Of a stretch of DNA of 64,000 nucleotides, positions 63,041 through 64,000 are shown in pieces. Position 1 is the first letter of the stretch; each line of letters starts with the position of its first letter. Source of the DNA: an uncultured Gammaproteobacteria bacterium (GTDB lineage Bacteria; Patescibacteriota; Microgenomatia; Woykebacterales; RBG-16-39-9b). A program made the translations under genes and the position numbers. The DNA is taken from the NCBI GenBank assembly GCA_964349395.1, contig CAYGGA010000001.1, positions 811 to 64,810 on the forward strand, in the 5' to 3' direction. Under the pieces are notes generated by a model. It saw nothing but the letters and a program-made list of their open reading frames with translations, was not told the origin of the DNA and made no database searches.

Positions 63041-64000
63041 ATGAATCTTAATGAAGGGACAATTTTAAATCTTGTTCTGGGTGTCAGCGCCGTCTCTATT
63101 GCCTATGGTTTATTTTTAGCGAGATGGGTCATGAACCTTCCTGCCGGGTCTGGAAAAATGCAAGAAGTAGCCAGTGCCATCCAAGAAGGCGCCCAAGCTT
63201 ATTTAAAGAAACAGTACACTGTCATCGGCGTTGTAGCTGTAGTACTCGCATTGATTTTAGGTTATTTTATTAACTTACCCACTGCCTTGGGATTCATTAT
63301 TGGAGCCTTGGCTTCAGCAGTAGCAGGGGCCTTGGGGATGTTGATCTCCACTCGGGCCAATGTCCGCGTCGCCGAAAGTGCTAAAAAAGGATTAAAAGCC
63401 GCTTTTGATACTTCTTTCAAAGGTGGGGCTGTCACCGGCCTATTAGTAGTCGGTTTGGGCCTCTTCTCGGTAGCTGGCTACTATGCTTTTTTACGTAACT
63501 TTCTCCAAGCAGATACCCAAGAAGCTTTGACTGCCCTCATCGGTCTTGGTTTTGGTGGTAGTTTGATCTCTGTTTTTGCCCGTTTGGGCGGTGGAATTTT
63601 TACTAAAGCGGCGGACGTAGGAACAGATATGGTTGGTAAGATCGAGGCTGGGATTCCGGAAGATGATCCTCGTAACCCCGGAGTAATTGCGGACAATGTG
63701 GGAGATAATGTGGGAGATTGTGCCGGGATGGCGGCGGATTTGTTTGAGACTTATGCGGTCACGACTTTAGCGGCCATGATTTTAGGATCACTGACTTTTC
63801 CCAATTTCCCCAATGCCGTGGTCTTTCCTTTAGTCATTGGCGCCGTGGCCATCATTGCCTCCATTTTGGGTACTTTCTTTGTTAGGTTAAGTGGCAAAAG
63901 CATTATGGGAGCACTATACAAAGGTTTGGGAGCTGCTTCGCTTCTCAGTATAATTGGATTTTGGTTTGTTATTCCGGCTCTTATGAGTGGCAACGGGCAA
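63041..64000 (+). CDS. hppA: Membrane-bound proton-translocating pyrophosphatase (V-PPase), 3'-truncated at window edge
   Basis: GGGIFTKAADVGTDMVGKIE and DNVGDNVGD V-PPase signatures. ORF runs off the window end. Confidence 0.85.
   Translation, partial: MNLNEGTILNLVLGVSAVSIAYGLFLARWVMNLPAGSGKMQEVASAIQEGAQAYLKKQYTVIGVVAVVLALILGYFINLPTALGFIIGALASAVAGALGMLISTRANVRVAESAKKGLKAAFDTSFKGGAVTGLLVVGLGLFSVAGYYAFLRNFLQADTQEALTALIGLGFGGSLISVFARLGGGIFTKAADVGTDMVGKIEAGIPEDDPRNPGVIADNVGDNVGDCAGMAADLFETYAVTTLAAMILGSLTFPNFPNAVVFPLVIGAVAIIASILGTFFVRLSGKSIMGALYKGLGAASLLSIIGFWFVIPALMSGNGQ

Noticed and set aside
63481-63993. Minus-strand ORFs (71 and 80 aa) opposite the V-PPase gene
   Set aside because: The plus strand encodes unmistakable V-PPase signature motifs; the antisense ORFs are spurious.

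Overview
This 64-kb window comes from an AT-rich, compactly organised bacterial genome with many overlapping, translationally coupled genes. From gene content I infer a small-genome lineage such as Candidate Phyla Radiation/Patescibacteria (features: type-2 IleRS, GatCAB, minimal FtsL/FtsQ-like proteins, many short hypothetical proteins). This placement is not proven.

The first ~21 kb is an almost complete division/cell-wall (dcw) cluster on the + strand: mraZ (5'-partial), rsmH, ftsL-like, ftsI, murE, murC, murB, murA, murF, alpha/beta-hydrolase, DegT-type aminotransferase, FemAB-family transferase, mraY, an unusual PP-loop ATPase, murD, ftsW, murG, ftsQ-like, ftsA, ftsZ.

Downstream of the dcw cluster, in order:
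- a GIY-YIG nuclease gene flanked by inverted copies of a ~35-bp motif, and pyrG;
- a divergent MerR regulator and a KGG-repeat stress protein, ileS (type 2) and rodA;
- rplU-rpmA, parB and lepB (convergent), and tRNA-Val;
- a cell-surface glycan locus (flippase, two GT2, one GT4, two O-antigen-ligase-like proteins);
- a minus-strand tRNA cluster (Thr, Gly, tRNA-like remnants) and tRNA-Asp;
- a visibly G+C-richer pyrF-pyrE block, PolX, LemA and a second PyrE-like PRTase;
- htpX and gatC-gatA-[HEPN-like insert]-gatB;
- a Klenow-like polA, a CAP-domain protein, rplS, rnhB and yraN;
- a secreted glycoside hydrolase, a small island around tRNA-Lys, ppsA, metK and a 3'-partial V-type H+-pyrophosphatase.

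No rRNA, CRISPR array or classical transposase was seen.

Unusual points, each detailed in the findings: (i) the PP-loop ATPase between mraY and murD, a candidate peptidoglycan-precursor-modifying enzyme; (ii) three heptanucleotide tandem arrays, each overlapping or just 3' of a stop codon and each containing a stop codon; (iii) the GIY-YIG cassette bounded by inverted repeats, with a solo repeat copy elsewhere; (iv) two 3'-end duplications of coding sequence; (v) tRNA-like remnants and non-canonical T-loops; (vi) a HEPN-like ORF inserted in the gatCAB operon.
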